DNA of 57,790 nucleotides from Candidatus Sericytochromatia bacterium (GTDB lineage Bacteria; Cyanobacteriota; Sericytochromatia; S15B-MN24; UBA4093): NCBI GenBank assembly GCA_036676495.1, contig JAKFCT010000101.1, positions 1 to 57,790 of the forward strand, read 5' to 3'. Shown piece by piece: positions 56,896 to 57,790 of this stretch (position 1 is its first letter; each line of letters starts with the position of its first letter). The notes under the pieces were generated by a model. It saw only the letters and a program-made list of their open reading frames with translations, ran no database searches and was not told where the DNA came from. The position numbers and the translations under genes were made by a program.

Positions 56896-57198
56896 ATGAG
56901 TACCGCTAGCGCAACGCGGATCCGTCCCCTCGGCGATCGGGTCGTCGTGAAGGTCGTGAAGCAGGAAAAGACGGCTGGTGGCATCGTGCTGCCCGACACG
57001 GCGCAGGAGAAGCCCCAGATGGGCGAAGTCGTCGCCGTGGGTCCCGGCCGCATCCTTGATAACGGTGAGCGCTCCAAGATGGACGTCGCCGCCGGCAACA
57101 AGATTCTCTTCGCGAAGTACGCCGGCACCGAGGTCAAGCTCGAGGGCGACGAGTACTTGCTCATCAACGAGAAGGACATCCTCGGCATCGTCGAGTAG
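56896..57198 (+). CDS. groES: Co-chaperonin GroES
   Basis: [32 protein letters not shown]. Confidence 0.98.
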   Translation: MSTASATRIRPLGDRVVVKVVKQEKTAGGIVLPDTAQEKPQMGEVVAVGPGRILDNGERSKMDVAAGNKILFAKYAGTEVKLEGDEYLLINEKDILGIVE

Positions 57199-57231
57199 TC
57201 GTTCCACCCCGCTTTGAAGTCCACGCATTAG

Positions 57232-57789
<558 letters not shown>

Positions 57790-57790
57790 G

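Overview
High-GC (~67%) bacterial chromosome segment, mostly housekeeping: trpE, pit/DUF47, class A PBP, rbgA-rpiB-glyA-wecA-wecB, Crp-family regulator, guaA/guaB, serS, Bacillus-type sdhCAB, hisS, folPBK, fmt, lexA with a GAAC-N4-GTTY box, and CIRCE-groES-groEL. The mix of cyanobacteria-like proteins and Firmicutes-like regulatory boxes, with no photosynthesis genes, suggests a non-photosynthetic cyanobacterial relative such as Sericytochromatia (inference only). I found no rRNA, tRNA, CRISPR array or transposase. The best candidate for a new system is the three-gene operon at 49582-55073: (1) a zinc-metalloprotease-like protein carrying two NHLP/ComX-leader-like repeats, (2) a ComQ-type prenyltransferase, and (3) a ComP-like PDZ + multi-TM receptor whose output is a SpoIIE/PP2C phosphatase rather than a histidine kinase. 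Other points of interest: a secreted plant-DA1-like LIM + peptidase protein, a Flp pilin in a PilT/PilU operon, a tandem PsbP-like + FlhA-fragment protein, a DNA-methyltransferase-like protein lacking DPPY, a dispersed intergenic repeat family, a shared CGATAACTCC promoter motif, HLR1-like boxes at two KGG stress genes, and frequent GCGATCGC. All family assignments come from reading motifs by eye; no searches were run.
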